This document shows, in pieces, positions 27,880 through 37,858 of a DNA stretch of 64,000 nt; the first letter of the stretch is position 1, and every line of letters starts with the position of its first letter. A program made the position numbers and the translations under genes. The notes below the pieces were generated by a model. The model was not told the DNA's origin. It worked only from the letters and a program-made list of their open reading frames with translations, and searched no databases. The stretch covers positions 1 to 64,000 of the IMG/VR virus record IMGVR_UViG_3300012920_009134. One strand, given 5' to 3'. The DNA is from a virus.

Positions 27880-29963
27880 GTAGAATAAAGATATTAGTTA
27901 CAGGACCTGCTCTTACGCGTTCTGGTTACGGTGTGCACACTCGACTTGTTCTTGAGTCGCTTAAACAAAGAGAGGAAATGTTTGATATCTACGTTAATCC
28001 TCTTCGGTGGGGCGCTACTGGTTGGTTGTTGGATGAAGATCCTTTTCTTGGATGGATTCACAAAAGAGTTGCAAAGTTTCAGCAGTTAAGTGAAGAGAAT
28101 CAAAAGTTTGACATCCATATTCATGTTGGTATTCCTAACGAATTTGAAAGAAAAGCACCCTATGCAGTTTGTGTTACTGCAGGCATTGAGGCAACCAAGG
28201 TATCTCCTTCATGGATAGAGAAATCATATAGTATCGATAAACTAATTGTTCCTAGTAACTTTGCAAAATGGGCATTTGAAAATACTTTCTATGAAGGTCA
28301 AAAATCTGACACAAAAGAACCTATGAGAGTTGGGTGTGGGGCACCTGTTGAAGTTGTTAGTTACCCTGTTCGTGAATATCACGGCAATAGTATCGATCTA
28401 GAACTTAAAGATGATTTTAATTTTCTTTGCGTCGCGCAATGGGGAATAAGAAAGAATCTAGAAAATACTATAAAGTGGTTCTTGCAAGAGTTTAAAGATG
28501 ATGAAGTTGGTTTGGTGATCAAGTCAAACATTGCTAAAAACTCAACACCCGACAGAGAAGAGTGTTTAGAAAGATTGAATGCAGTGTTTGATGAATTTAA
28601 ATCTTCTAAGTGTTCTTTATACTTGTTGCATGGCGAAATGTCAGATGAAGAGGTTGATGCAATTTATAAGCATCCAAAGATTAAGGCAATGGTATCTACA
28701 ACTCATGGTGAGGGTTTTGGATTGCCTCTTTTTGAGGCGGCATACAATGGACTTCCGGTTGTCGCACCTGGGTGGTCTGGACATATGGATTTTTTATATG
28801 CACCGGTAAAAGACAAGAAAACAAAAAAAGTTAAAAACAAACCTTTGTTTGCTAAGGTCGACTATTCTCTTAAGCACGTACAGAAAGACGCAGTTTGGAA
28901 AGACATACTTGTTAAAGATGCAATGTGGTGTTATCCATCTGAAAGAGATTTTAAGCAGAAGATTAGAAAAGTTTATTCTGATAATGGAATGTATAAGTCT
29001 TGGGCAAAAACACTGTCAGATCATCTAAGGTCTGAGTTGTCGCTATCGAATATTCTAGAAAAGATGCTACAAACTCTAATCCCAGAAAAGTGGTTGGTTA
29101 AACCAGAGTGCTTTTTTGTTAGCGATTTGTTTGTAGAAGATTATGTAGGCGGCGCTGAACTTAGTCTGGAAACGATTATTGACTCTGGCCCATACAAGAA
29201 AGTTGCTAAAGTTAGGTCTGCTGAACTTACAACTCAACTTATTGAAAACAACAAGGATGCCAAGTGGGTATTTGGGAATATTGCAAACCTGTCAAATGAA
29301 ATGTTGAAAAACCTTGCAGATATGGATTTTAAATACTCGTTCGTTGAATTTGATTACAAGTTTTGTAAGCATAGGAATCCAGAACTGTACAAGATGGTTG
29401 AGGGAACTACATGTGATTACAAAAATACTGAAAGAGGTCAAACTATGACAAACTTTGTAAATCGCGCAAGTTCTGTATTTTTTATGTCTGAAAAGCAAAA
29501 AACTATTCATTTAGAAAGTTTGCCAAATATTAGTAACGAAAACCTTTTTGTACTTTCATCGTTATTTAATGACGACTTTTTTAAGTTTATTGAAAATGTT
29601 AAAAACAAAACACCAAAAAAGAATGATAAGTGGGTTGTGTTAGGTTCGAGAAGTTGGGTCAAGGGACTCAATGAAACGGAATCCCACTGTAAAGAAAAGG
29701 GGTACGATTACGATGTTTTGTGGAACTTGCCATATGGACAGTTCTTGGAGAAGTTGGCAGAATCAAAAGGTCTGTGCTTCAAACCCTCTGGATTAGATAC
29801 TTGCCCAAGAATGGTAATAGAGGCAAAACTTCTAGGGTGTGAGTTAGATACAAATGACCTTGTACAGCATAGTGATGAATCGTGGTTTAAGGGATCTTAT
29901 GATGATATTGTAAAATATCTTAAAAGCAGACCTGCATTTTTTTGGGATAAGAGTTTTGCATGA
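27876..29963 (+). CDS. Two-domain glycosyltransferase (GT4-like fused to a second GT-B)
   Basis: SGYG, RKN, GEGFGLPLFE; then GGAELS…DTCPRMVIEAKLLG. Confidence 0.82.
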   Translation: MSRIKILVTGPALTRSGYGVHTRLVLESLKQREEMFDIYVNPLRWGATGWLLDEDPFLGWIHKRVAKFQQLSEENQKFDIHIHVGIPNEFERKAPYAVCVTAGIEATKVSPSWIEKSYSIDKLIVPSNFAKWAFENTFYEGQKSDTKEPMRVGCGAPVEVVSYPVREYHGNSIDLELKDDFNFLCVAQWGIRKNLENTIKWFLQEFKDDEVGLVIKSNIAKNSTPDREECLERLNAVFDEFKSSKCSLYLLHGEMSDEEVDAIYKHPKIKAMVSTTHGEGFGLPLFEAAYNGLPVVAPGWSGHMDFLYAPVKDKKTKKVKNKPLFAKVDYSLKHVQKDAVWKDILVKDAMWCYPSERDFKQKIRKVYSDNGMYKSWAKTLSDHLRSELSLSNILEKMLQTLIPEKWLVKPECFFVSDLFVEDYVGGAELSLETIIDSGPYKKVAKVRSAELTTQLIENNKDAKWVFGNIANLSNEMLKNLADMDFKYSFVEFDYKFCKHRNPELYKMVEGTTCDYKNTERGQTMTNFVNRASSVFFMSEKQKTIHLESLPNISNENLFVLSSLFNDDFFKFIENVKNKTPKKNDKWVVLGSRSWVKGLNETESHCKEKGYDYDVLWNLPYGQFLEKLAESKGLCFKPSGLDTCPRMVIEAKLLGCELDTNDLVQHSDESWFKGSYDDIVKYLKSRPAFFWDKSFA

Positions 29964-30703
29964 AAACACACTTTACTATAATCATTCCTGCTTATAACTG
30001 TGAGCGGTGGGTAGAGTGGAACCTAAATTCTGCTTTAAGGCAAGACTATGAGGATTCAAGATTCGATATTGTTTATGTTGATGACTGCTCTTCTGATAGC
30101 ACACGATCAGTAGTAGATAAAATACTAGAAACTTCTAGCAAGAAAATAAAAGTTATTTCAAATGTTAAAAACGAGAAAGCATTGTACAATCTGTATACCC
30201 ACATCCATTCGGCAAAAGATGGATCAGTTATTATAACTCTCGACGGTGATGATGCGCTCGCGGGAACTAACGTTTTAGAAAAATTAGATAAGTTATATCA
30301 AGATCCTGACTGCTGGATGACAGTAGGGTCTTACATGCAGAATGATAATTACAGTGTAGTCTCACCCGTAGTATCAGAAGGTTATTGGAAACAAAACATA
30401 AGAAAAATACCTTGGTCTTTTTCACACCTTAGAACGTTTCGCAAAGAACTGTTTTGTAAAATCAAAAAAGAAGATTTGCTAGACTTGGATGGCGGGTTTT
30501 ATAAATGCACTTTTGACCGCGCTATGATGTACCCGATGGTTGAGATGTCCGGTAAAGATAAGGTTCGCTTGATTGGAGAGGTGCTTTACATTTACAATAG
30601 GTTGAATCCAATATCTGTGGATAGAGTGCATAGACAAGATCAACTTAGAATAGAGCAGCAAATTTCAAATAAGCAACCCTATCAAAAAATAGAGAGTTTA
30701 TGA
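29960..30703 (+). CDS. Glycosyltransferase, GT2 family
   Basis: IIIPAYN, VDDCSSD, LDGDD. Confidence 0.88.
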   Translation: MKTHFTIIIPAYNCERWVEWNLNSALRQDYEDSRFDIVYVDDCSSDSTRSVVDKILETSSKKIKVISNVKNEKALYNLYTHIHSAKDGSVIITLDGDDALAGTNVLEKLDKLYQDPDCWMTVGSYMQNDNYSVVSPVVSEGYWKQNIRKIPWSFSHLRTFRKELFCKIKKEDLLDLDGGFYKCTFDRAMMYPMVEMSGKDKVRLIGEVLYIYNRLNPISVDRVHRQDQLRIEQQISNKQPYQKIESL

Positions 30704-31584
30704 ATATATTCTTAGATAATGTTAATTTAAACTCAACCAGTGGTCCTAACCATTTTGCCAAGAAACTAAAAAAATATATGGAACGTCAAGGTGATTCATT
30801 TATTCATGAACACCCCTTTGATGCACAACTTACTTTTATCCAAAGGGTCAATCTAATGGCACCAGTGTTTCAGAGATTGGATGGTATTTATTTTAATAGT
30901 GAGCAGGATTATAAGTCAATGAATGCTTCTATACTAAGAACTTACACAGAAGCAAAGGGAGTGATATTTCAGTCCGAGTTCAACAAGAGGTTGACGTTCA
31001 AATATTTTGGCGAGCACGATAACAGCGCAGTTATTCATAATGGTGCAGATCTGGAACTAATAAATCAAGTTAGACCCCTCAAAAACGACGTTCTAGAGCA
31101 GTTTGATAGTGTTTGGTGCTGTGCTTCATCTTGGCGTCCACACAAGCGTTTAAGGGGCAATATACGCTATTTTTTAGAGCACTCAAGCAGTCGGGATTGT
31201 TTGGTGGTGGCGGGACAAGTGCAAAAAGAAGATGTAATCAAGCATGAAAGAATATTTTACGTCGGCAATGTCGATATTAGCACTCTTTTTGCCATATATA
31301 AAAAAAGCAAATATTTAATTCATCTTGCATATCTAGATCACTGCCCGAATGTTGTAGTTGATGCAGTTGCTTGTGGTTGTCACGTAATATGTTCTTCGTC
31401 AGGTGGCACAAAAGAAGTTGCAGTTGGTGGCACCGTTATTGAAGAAGATGAGTGGGATCTTGAACCATTGCGACTTTACAATCCCCCTGAGATAGATTTT
31501 ACAAGAAAAAAACAAAACGATTTTAATACTAATATTGATATGACTTACGTTGCATCTCAATATCATAAGTTTATGGGAGAATAA
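30700..31584 (+). CDS. Glycosyltransferase, GT4-like
   Basis: IHNG, WRPHKR, DHCPNVVVDAVACG, SGGTKE. Confidence 0.82.
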   Translation: MNIFLDNVNLNSTSGPNHFAKKLKKYMERQGDSFIHEHPFDAQLTFIQRVNLMAPVFQRLDGIYFNSEQDYKSMNASILRTYTEAKGVIFQSEFNKRLTFKYFGEHDNSAVIHNGADLELINQVRPLKNDVLEQFDSVWCCASSWRPHKRLRGNIRYFLEHSSSRDCLVVAGQVQKEDVIKHERIFYVGNVDISTLFAIYKKSKYLIHLAYLDHCPNVVVDAVACGCHVICSSSGGTKEVAVGGTVIEEDEWDLEPLRLYNPPEIDFTRKKQNDFNTNIDMTYVASQYHKFMGE

Positions 31585-31585
31585 A

Positions 31586-32293
31586 ATGAAAACAGTTAGC
31601 GTAGTAAAGTATTTTGAAGAAATGGGGTATGACTGGAAAAGTGATAGAGACAGTATTGAACATATTTTAGAACTTACAAAAACCAGACCAAAAAACAATC
31701 CACCTGAGAAGTATGTGCCATCCGCTGGTGTTGAGCAAACTTATTTGGTAAAGGCAATAGCAGAAAATATTGGTGTCAAAAACTATTTTGAGATAGGTAC
31801 CGGACGAGGCACATCGTGCTATGCAGTCTCTCTTTTGCCTCACGTTGAAAACATTGTTACGGTAGATATAGTTTCGCACTTTACAAAAAAGAATGAGGCA
31901 ATCAATTCAAAACCAGTAGTTGTATCAAATGCAGACTTGTATGAAATGATTAAGTTTGAACAGAAAGATAAGATAAAATTTAAGCATGTATCTGAGTTGC
32001 CGTATATTGTAGAGGATTACGAACAGGAGATGGATCTGGCATTTGTAGATGGCAATCACACAGACTATAATGTTGTTATGCAAGATTATCTTAATTGTAA
32101 AAAAGTATTGAAACCTGGAGGAACCATTATATTTGATGACTACCATCCAGAAAAGTTTATTGTAAAACAGGTTGTTCATGATATTTTGGAGCAAGACAAG
32201 AATATTGAAGCAACGCTAGTTTGTGTGACTGGACACATATTTGAAACAGATAAGAAAAAGACTGATAGTGGAATGGTAGTTTTTAAAATATAG
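31586..32293 (+). CDS. Class I SAM-dependent (O-)methyltransferase
   Basis: FEIGTGRG, DLAFVDGNH, LKPGGTIIFDDY; start moved to ATG 31586 behind GGAG. Confidence 0.85.
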   Translation: MKTVSVVKYFEEMGYDWKSDRDSIEHILELTKTRPKNNPPEKYVPSAGVEQTYLVKAIAENIGVKNYFEIGTGRGTSCYAVSLLPHVENIVTVDIVSHFTKKNEAINSKPVVVSNADLYEMIKFEQKDKIKFKHVSELPYIVEDYEQEMDLAFVDGNHTDYNVVMQDYLNCKKVLKPGGTIIFDDYHPEKFIVKQVVHDILEQDKNIEATLVCVTGHIFETDKKKTDSGMVVFKI

Positions 32294-32306
32294 GAGAATG
32301 TGACTT

Positions 32307-33158
32307 ATGGGTTTAGGTGGATATTTGACATGGACAGCAGCAGTTAGAGAGATCTCTGAAAATAAGTTGGATGATGATACCAAGATTGTTCCTTGTGAGA
32401 TGCATGGAGGTCGAGTCACAAAGATCGTAAAAAGTCCAATATTTGAAAACAACCCTTATGTTTACAACGAAAATACGGATAGTGAAAAGAAGAAATTTCT
32501 TTTACCAATGAATCTCCATGAAACAAACTATTGCAAAAAAGACACTCCCACACGAGCACACCAGAGATATGATAAACACATAATAGGACAAATCTGTGAG
32601 TATTATGGTATAGACAATCCAGATTTAAGATGCGAATTATATTTTACCGACCAAGAAAAATCAAAAGTCAGCAAAATACTCAAGCGTTTACCAAAAAGAT
32701 TTATTGTTATAGAACCACACTCAAAGCAAAACTACACACCAAATCGAAGGTACCCATTTGAAAAGTGGCAAAAAGTAGTAAATTCCTTAAAGGATGACAT
32801 AGACTTTGTACAGATAGGTCGCCCTGGGCAAAGGGTTTTGGACAATGTGCACTCTTTACTCGGAGAAGTTACTTTTAGAGAGGCAGCAATAGTTATACAG
32901 AACTCTGATTTATTTGTTAGCACCGAAGGCGGATTGGGTCATGCCGCAAATGCAGTAAGAAAAAAATCTATTATTGTATTGACAGGATACCAAGGATATG
33001 ATATGGTTGCTTATCCTGACAATGTTAATGTAGATATCTCTACCCATGGTCCTTGTGGATTGAAAGTAGAGTGTACTGAGTGCAAGGAAGATGCTGATAA
33101 CCATGATGAGTCTGAAATTATCTACAACATTAGAAAGTGTTTGGAGTTGTATAAATGA
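32307..33158 (+). CDS. GT9 (heptosyltransferase-like) glycosyltransferase
   Basis: GLGG N-terminus, RRYPFEKW, FVQIG, EGGLGHAANA. Confidence 0.8.
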   Translation: MGLGGYLTWTAAVREISENKLDDDTKIVPCEMHGGRVTKIVKSPIFENNPYVYNENTDSEKKKFLLPMNLHETNYCKKDTPTRAHQRYDKHIIGQICEYYGIDNPDLRCELYFTDQEKSKVSKILKRLPKRFIVIEPHSKQNYTPNRRYPFEKWQKVVNSLKDDIDFVQIGRPGQRVLDNVHSLLGEVTFREAAIVIQNSDLFVSTEGGLGHAANAVRKKSIIVLTGYQGYDMVAYPDNVNVDISTHGPCGLKVECTECKEDADNHDESEIIYNIRKCLELYK

Positions 33159-34027
33159 GTAATAAAAAGATAATCGTGTTGGCGGCAGATCATAACGGCG
33201 TCGAAAGAAAGGCAGAGTTAAAAAAGTTTCTTTCAAGTGAGGGGTATTTTTGCATTGATCTAGGTCCTTATGTATCAAGCGAAAGCGTTGATTATGTTGA
33301 TTATGCAGATCAACTTTCAACTATTGTGTCTTCAGGCGAAGCGCCAAGAGGTATACTTATTTGTGGCACTGGAGTTGGCATGAGTATTGTAGCAAACCGA
33401 CATAAAGATGTCAGAGCAGTTCTTGCGCACAACTTTATGACAGCGAAGAAGTCACGAGAACATAACGATTCGAATGTTTTGTGTTTGGGTGCTTGGATAT
33501 CTTCTCAGGAAGACACAAATCAAATGACTCTTGATTGGGTAAATGAGTCATGGGGTGAAGGTAGACACGTTAAGAGAGTTGGAAAGATAGATAGACACAG
33601 TGGTATAGTTCTTACTAACGGCGTTTTCGATGTCTTGCATAAAGGTCACATAGAGTTGTTGAAGTTTGCAAAATCACAGGGGCAAAAGTTGGTGGTTGCA
33701 ATAGATTCTGATATCAGGGTAAGATCTATCAAAGGAGAGTCTAGACCTATCAATTCCGAAGAAGATAGAAAGAGGTTACTTGAGGCGATTGAGTTTGTCG
33801 ACGAGGTTTTGATTTTTAACAGCGAGTCGGACCTAAAACAACTATATGAAGAAATTGTCCCATCCTGTTTGGTTAAAGGCGGCGAGTGGACGGCAGATGA
33901 AGTTAGGGAGAGGGATGGTGTTAGTGATCAAATAGATATTAAAATATATCCCATATATGGAAATTACTCTACAACCAACACTTTGAGAAAAATTAAGAAC
34001 ATTGAGACAACTGAAAAAATACAATAG
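33155..34027 (+). CDS. Fusion: RpiB/LacAB sugar-phosphate isomerase + HldC/RfaE-II-like nucleotidyltransferase
   Basis: ADHNG, DYVDY, ICGTGVGM, HNDSNVL, GRH..R; then TNGVFDVLHKGH, KGESRPIN, KGG, YSTT. Confidence 0.88.
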   Translation: MSNKKIIVLAADHNGVERKAELKKFLSSEGYFCIDLGPYVSSESVDYVDYADQLSTIVSSGEAPRGILICGTGVGMSIVANRHKDVRAVLAHNFMTAKKSREHNDSNVLCLGAWISSQEDTNQMTLDWVNESWGEGRHVKRVGKIDRHSGIVLTNGVFDVLHKGHIELLKFAKSQGQKLVVAIDSDIRVRSIKGESRPINSEEDRKRLLEAIEFVDEVLIFNSESDLKQLYEEIVPSCLVKGGEWTADEVRERDGVSDQIDIKIYPIYGNYSTTNTLRKIKNIETTEKIQ

Positions 34028-34877
34028 AAAAGTTTTATTGATAGGGGATACCATAGTAGATAAGCACGTATATTCTACTGTCTCCGGTTTATCTTTAGAG
34101 TCTCCAACCGTTAAGTGCAATTTCAACAAAGAAGTCATACAACTTGGAGGGGCAGCAAACGTTGCCAAGCACATGAGTCACCTCTGTAGTGAAGTTACCT
34201 TTGTAACTTCGATGAATCCTTCCTATAATGTGCCTGGAGTAAACACAATAAATATAGAAAGTGACACATACAATACGAAAACAAGACATTGGATATCTCG
34301 TGGAGATCACACTTACAAGTACCTACAGATAAACAACACCAATCAGAATGATTTGAAATATAGTTTACAGGATCTTGTAATCGAAGAATACGATGTCCTT
34401 GCTATATCTGACTATAGGTGTGGGTTGGTGACGGATAATATTGTTGAAGAAATACTAAAAAATAAGTTTAGCAAAAAGAAATATGCTGCGTCACAAGTAT
34501 CTTCCAAAGAAAACAATTATGATAGATACCAAACATTCGACTGTTTTGTTATGAACAAATCTGAAGCAATGAGTTACACCAAGTCAGAGTTTCCTAATTT
34601 TAAGTCTTTTGCAGATCTTAAAGCGAAAACAGTGTATGTAACAATGGGTGCAGAAGGTTGTACACTGTATAACGCATCTGGATTTCACCACTTTCAGGGT
34701 AAGATTGCATCTGTGAGCAATACCATAGGGGCAGGAGATGCTTTCTACGCAGCGTTGTTATCTTCTGGTGGAGATGTTAACTTTGCAAACAGATGGGCAT
34801 CCTACTATGTATCTAGAAATATAGATGATGAGGTGACCTTAAGAGGGATGTTTGAATATGAAGAAGCAGTGCGTTGA
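34002..34877 (+). CDS. PfkB/ribokinase-family kinase, HldA/RfaE-I-like
   Basis: IGDTIVD, LSLESP, GGAANVA, ISDY, NTIGAGD. Confidence 0.85.
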   Translation: MRQLKKYNRKVLLIGDTIVDKHVYSTVSGLSLESPTVKCNFNKEVIQLGGAANVAKHMSHLCSEVTFVTSMNPSYNVPGVNTINIESDTYNTKTRHWISRGDHTYKYLQINNTNQNDLKYSLQDLVIEEYDVLAISDYRCGLVTDNIVEEILKNKFSKKKYAASQVSSKENNYDRYQTFDCFVMNKSEAMSYTKSEFPNFKSFADLKAKTVYVTMGAEGCTLYNASGFHHFQGKIASVSNTIGAGDAFYAALLSSGGDVNFANRWASYYVSRNIDDEVTLRGMFEYEEAVR

Positions 34878-35547
34878 TGCGAACAAGAAAATAAAAGAAC
34901 TAGGATTAGTAAAACTTACTTGGGGAAATGTCTCATTGTTGTCCGAATGCGGCACTTTAGTTTACATCAAACCATCCGGAGTGGCATTTGAAACAATGGT
35001 TGAGGATGATATATCCGTTGTTAATCTAAAGACCGGCGAACTTTTGGAAGGAAAGAAGCAGTCTGTAGACACAAACATACACCTTGAAATATACAGAGAA
35101 TTTGATGACGTCAAGTCGATAATACATACTCACTCAAAGTATGCAACGTCACACGCTCAAGCTCAAACACCGATAAGGTGCTTGGGAACAACACATGCAG
35201 ATTATTTTGATGGCGACATTCCTGTAACTAGAAATTTGACAAAGAATGAAATTGCAACAAACTATGAAATGAATATAGGAAAGTGCGTTGTAGAGTGGTT
35301 TCAGGAGAACAAGAGTCTTCCGACACGAAAAGGCGCAGTTTTGTTGCCTAGTCATGGAGTCTTGACGTTTGGCAAGTCTGCAGATCAAGCACTAGAAAAT
35401 GCTATAGTATTAGAAGAAGTGGCCGAAATGAATATATTATCCAACATGTTGAATAGTTCTATTGCCATCGGTCGCCATAAGCAACAACTTTTTAAAAAAC
35501 ACTATGATAGAAAAAATGGAGTTAACAAATATTATGGTCAAGGATAA
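34858..35547 (+). CDS. araD: L-ribulose-5-phosphate 4-epimerase (class II aldolase fold)
   Basis: TWGNVS, IKPSGV, HTHS, GTTHADYF, HG, C-terminal HY.RK.G…YYGQ. Confidence 0.88.
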   Translation: MKKQCVDANKKIKELGLVKLTWGNVSLLSECGTLVYIKPSGVAFETMVEDDISVVNLKTGELLEGKKQSVDTNIHLEIYREFDDVKSIIHTHSKYATSHAQAQTPIRCLGTTHADYFDGDIPVTRNLTKNEIATNYEMNIGKCVVEWFQENKSLPTRKGAVLLPSHGVLTFGKSADQALENAIVLEEVAEMNILSNMLNSSIAIGRHKQQLFKKHYDRKNGVNKYYGQG

Positions 35548-35953
35548 TGAGTTTGGAATAAAGAAACTACCAGAAGTACAAAAACCTATTTTACACAAAG
35601 ATAAATATTGGGGATATATAACCTCTGTTTATGCAGATGATGATTTTACATTAAAAAAGATATTCATGAAAAAGGGAAGTCAAAGTAGTATGGAGTATCA
35701 CTGTAAAAAAGACGAATATTACTACATCTTTTCTGGTAAACTTAAGGTAGGTTTTAGGATAGGTCGTGCAAAAAATACTTCTCTGATCATGGAAGAGGGG
35801 GATGTTATACATCTAAAACCTGGTCTTATGCATATGAGAATGGCATTAGAAGACACAATTATTATAGAATGGTCTAATAAGGATGATGATTCTGACTCGC
35901 ACATCGTAGAAGATGGGAAAACATACATACACATAGATGATGAGGAAATATGA
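35534..35953 (+). CDS. Cupin (sugar isomerase-like)
   Basis: KYWG, SMEYHCKKDE, PGLMH. Confidence 0.75.
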   Translation: MVKDNEFGIKKLPEVQKPILHKDKYWGYITSVYADDDFTLKKIFMKKGSQSSMEYHCKKDEYYYIFSGKLKVGFRIGRAKNTSLIMEEGDVIHLKPGLMHMRMALEDTIIIEWSNKDDDSDSHIVEDGKTYIHIDDEEI

Positions 35954-36627
35954 GAAAACTATACATTGATACAGCAAATCTAAAAGATATAAAAAAGATA
36001 AACTCTTTGGGAGTAATTCAAGGAGTGACCACAAACCCCAGTCTTATCTCTAAAGAACCAAAGCAAAATTTTGATGCTCTTATTGAGGATTTGGCAAGGT
36101 TTTGCGACAAGGCAAAACTGTCTTTAAGCGTCGAGGTATTTGCCTCAGAACCGGATGAAATGCTAAACCAAGCGCGTGATATCCATGCTTCTTTGACTAA
36201 GATAATCGATCCATCTTTGTTGAGGATAAAGATTCCTGTTGGGTTTGAAGAGTTGAGGGTAATAAAAGAACTGTCTGGTGATGGTATAAGCGTAAACTGC
36301 ACCTGCTGTTTTACCGAACAGCAGATGCAACTTGCAGCAATGAGTGGAGCAAAGTATGTATCTCTATTTTACAGTAGATTAAGAGATACATCGGGTAACC
36401 CGTCAGAAGTGTTAAGAAGAACTAGACAGTTTATCGATGATAATAATCTCGACTGTGAAATCATCGCCGGTAGCATAAGGTCTCAGGGAGATGTATCGGG
36501 TGCCTGGGCGAATGGGTGCGATATAGTAACTTGTAGTACAGCGATTATTAAGAGTATGACTAGTCACCCCAAGACAGACTCTTCTGTAGAAGGGTTTTTA
36601 AAAGATTTTAACAACTGGATTAAGTGA
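35950..36627 (+). CDS. talC: Transaldolase, short TalC/FSA family
   Basis: IDTA, GVTTNPSL, Schiff-base IKIP, NCT, GSIR; Glu (VEV) and Phe (SLF) suggest transaldolase rather than FSA. Confidence 0.88.
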   Translation: MRKLYIDTANLKDIKKINSLGVIQGVTTNPSLISKEPKQNFDALIEDLARFCDKAKLSLSVEVFASEPDEMLNQARDIHASLTKIIDPSLLRIKIPVGFEELRVIKELSGDGISVNCTCCFTEQQMQLAAMSGAKYVSLFYSRLRDTSGNPSEVLRRTRQFIDDNNLDCEIIAGSIRSQGDVSGAWANGCDIVTCSTAIIKSMTSHPKTDSSVEGFLKDFNNWIK

Positions 36628-36628
36628 T

Positions 36629-36955
36629 ATGATTTATTGCTTTGATATTGATGGTACCGTGTGCACACCCTACAGCGGTGACTATGAAAAATCTCAACCA
36701 ATAAAAGATAGAATTGAAAAGGTCAATCAACTCTATGATGAGGGCAATACCATATTCATGCTAACTGCTAGAGGTATGGGTAGGACTGACAACGATCAGA
36801 TTGGTGCTTATAAATGTATGTATACGTTCACCGAAAACCAGCTAGACAAGTGGGGTGTTAAGTATCATAAGTTGTTTTTGGGCAAACCTAACGCAGATCT
36901 CTACATAGATGATAAGGGAATGAAAGATTTAGATTTCTTTGGTGGCGGTGAATGA
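36629..36955 (+). CDS. Small cap-less HAD phosphatase
   Basis: FDIDGT, TARG, GKP, YIDDK. Confidence 0.85.
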   Translation: MIYCFDIDGTVCTPYSGDYEKSQPIKDRIEKVNQLYDEGNTIFMLTARGMGRTDNDQIGAYKCMYTFTENQLDKWGVKYHKLFLGKPNADLYIDDKGMKDLDFFGGGE

Positions 36956-37857
36956 AGGTATACATCAATAGACAACCAAAACACGGACCTTGGGGCGGAG
37001 GTGCTAAGACAGTTAATAAACTTGTAGAACTACTACTACACAAGGGTCATACTGTTGTCTACGAACTTCAAGAAGGTATTGATGTTATCTTTTGTATGGA
37101 TCCTCGACCAAATCATAGAGGCGAATGGTATCAACATTTTTTAGATTATAGGTTTGAAAATAAAAACACTAAAATAGTGCAGCGAGTAGGGGACGTTGGT
37201 ACTCACTCAAAACCACATCTAACTGATATGGTAAGGCAGACTCTACCACATTCAGATCATTTTATATTTCCTAGTAAATGGGCCAAAGAGTGGATAGGTT
37301 TCGAATCAGAAAACTTCGATATAATCAATAATGCCCCAATGCAAATATTTTATGAAAACAGAAAACTAGACCTAAAACTATCAGAACAAGTTAGTGTTGT
37401 TACGCACCATTGGTCTACCAACCCTAAAAAGGGATTCGATATATATCAAAAATTTGAAGAATGGTGCAAGGATCAAAATATTAGTTTTCACTATATTGGA
37501 CAAGTCCCACCAGGAGTTGTTTTTGAAAACTACACAAAACCAATATCAGCAGAACAACTTTCTGTAGTTTTACCAAAACATGACATATATTTAACCGCTT
37601 CACAAGAAGAAGCGGGTGCCAACCATGTCCTGGAAGCACTTGCAGTAGGACTTCCGGTAGTTTACAGAGATACCGGAGGCAGCATAAATAACTATTGCCA
37701 TCCTTATGGAGAAGAATATTCTACTTTTGATGGTATGGTTGATAAAGTGCAGAAGGTTATAGGGCATTATGATACTTACAAAAGTGAAGTATTAAAGTAT
37801 GTCGACAACAATGATAACGTTATTGAGAGATATTGTGACATTATAGAGAAAATCTAA
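36952..37857 (+). CDS. Glycosyltransferase, GT4-like
   Basis: GPWGGG, KKG, EAGANHVLEALAVGLP. Confidence 0.8.
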   Translation: MKVYINRQPKHGPWGGGAKTVNKLVELLLHKGHTVVYELQEGIDVIFCMDPRPNHRGEWYQHFLDYRFENKNTKIVQRVGDVGTHSKPHLTDMVRQTLPHSDHFIFPSKWAKEWIGFESENFDIINNAPMQIFYENRKLDLKLSEQVSVVTHHWSTNPKKGFDIYQKFEEWCKDQNISFHYIGQVPPGVVFENYTKPISAEQLSVVLPKHDIYLTASQEEAGANHVLEALAVGLPVVYRDTGGSINNYCHPYGEEYSTFDGMVDKVQKVIGHYDTYKSEVLKYVDNNDNVIERYCDIIEKI

Positions 37858-37858
37858 T

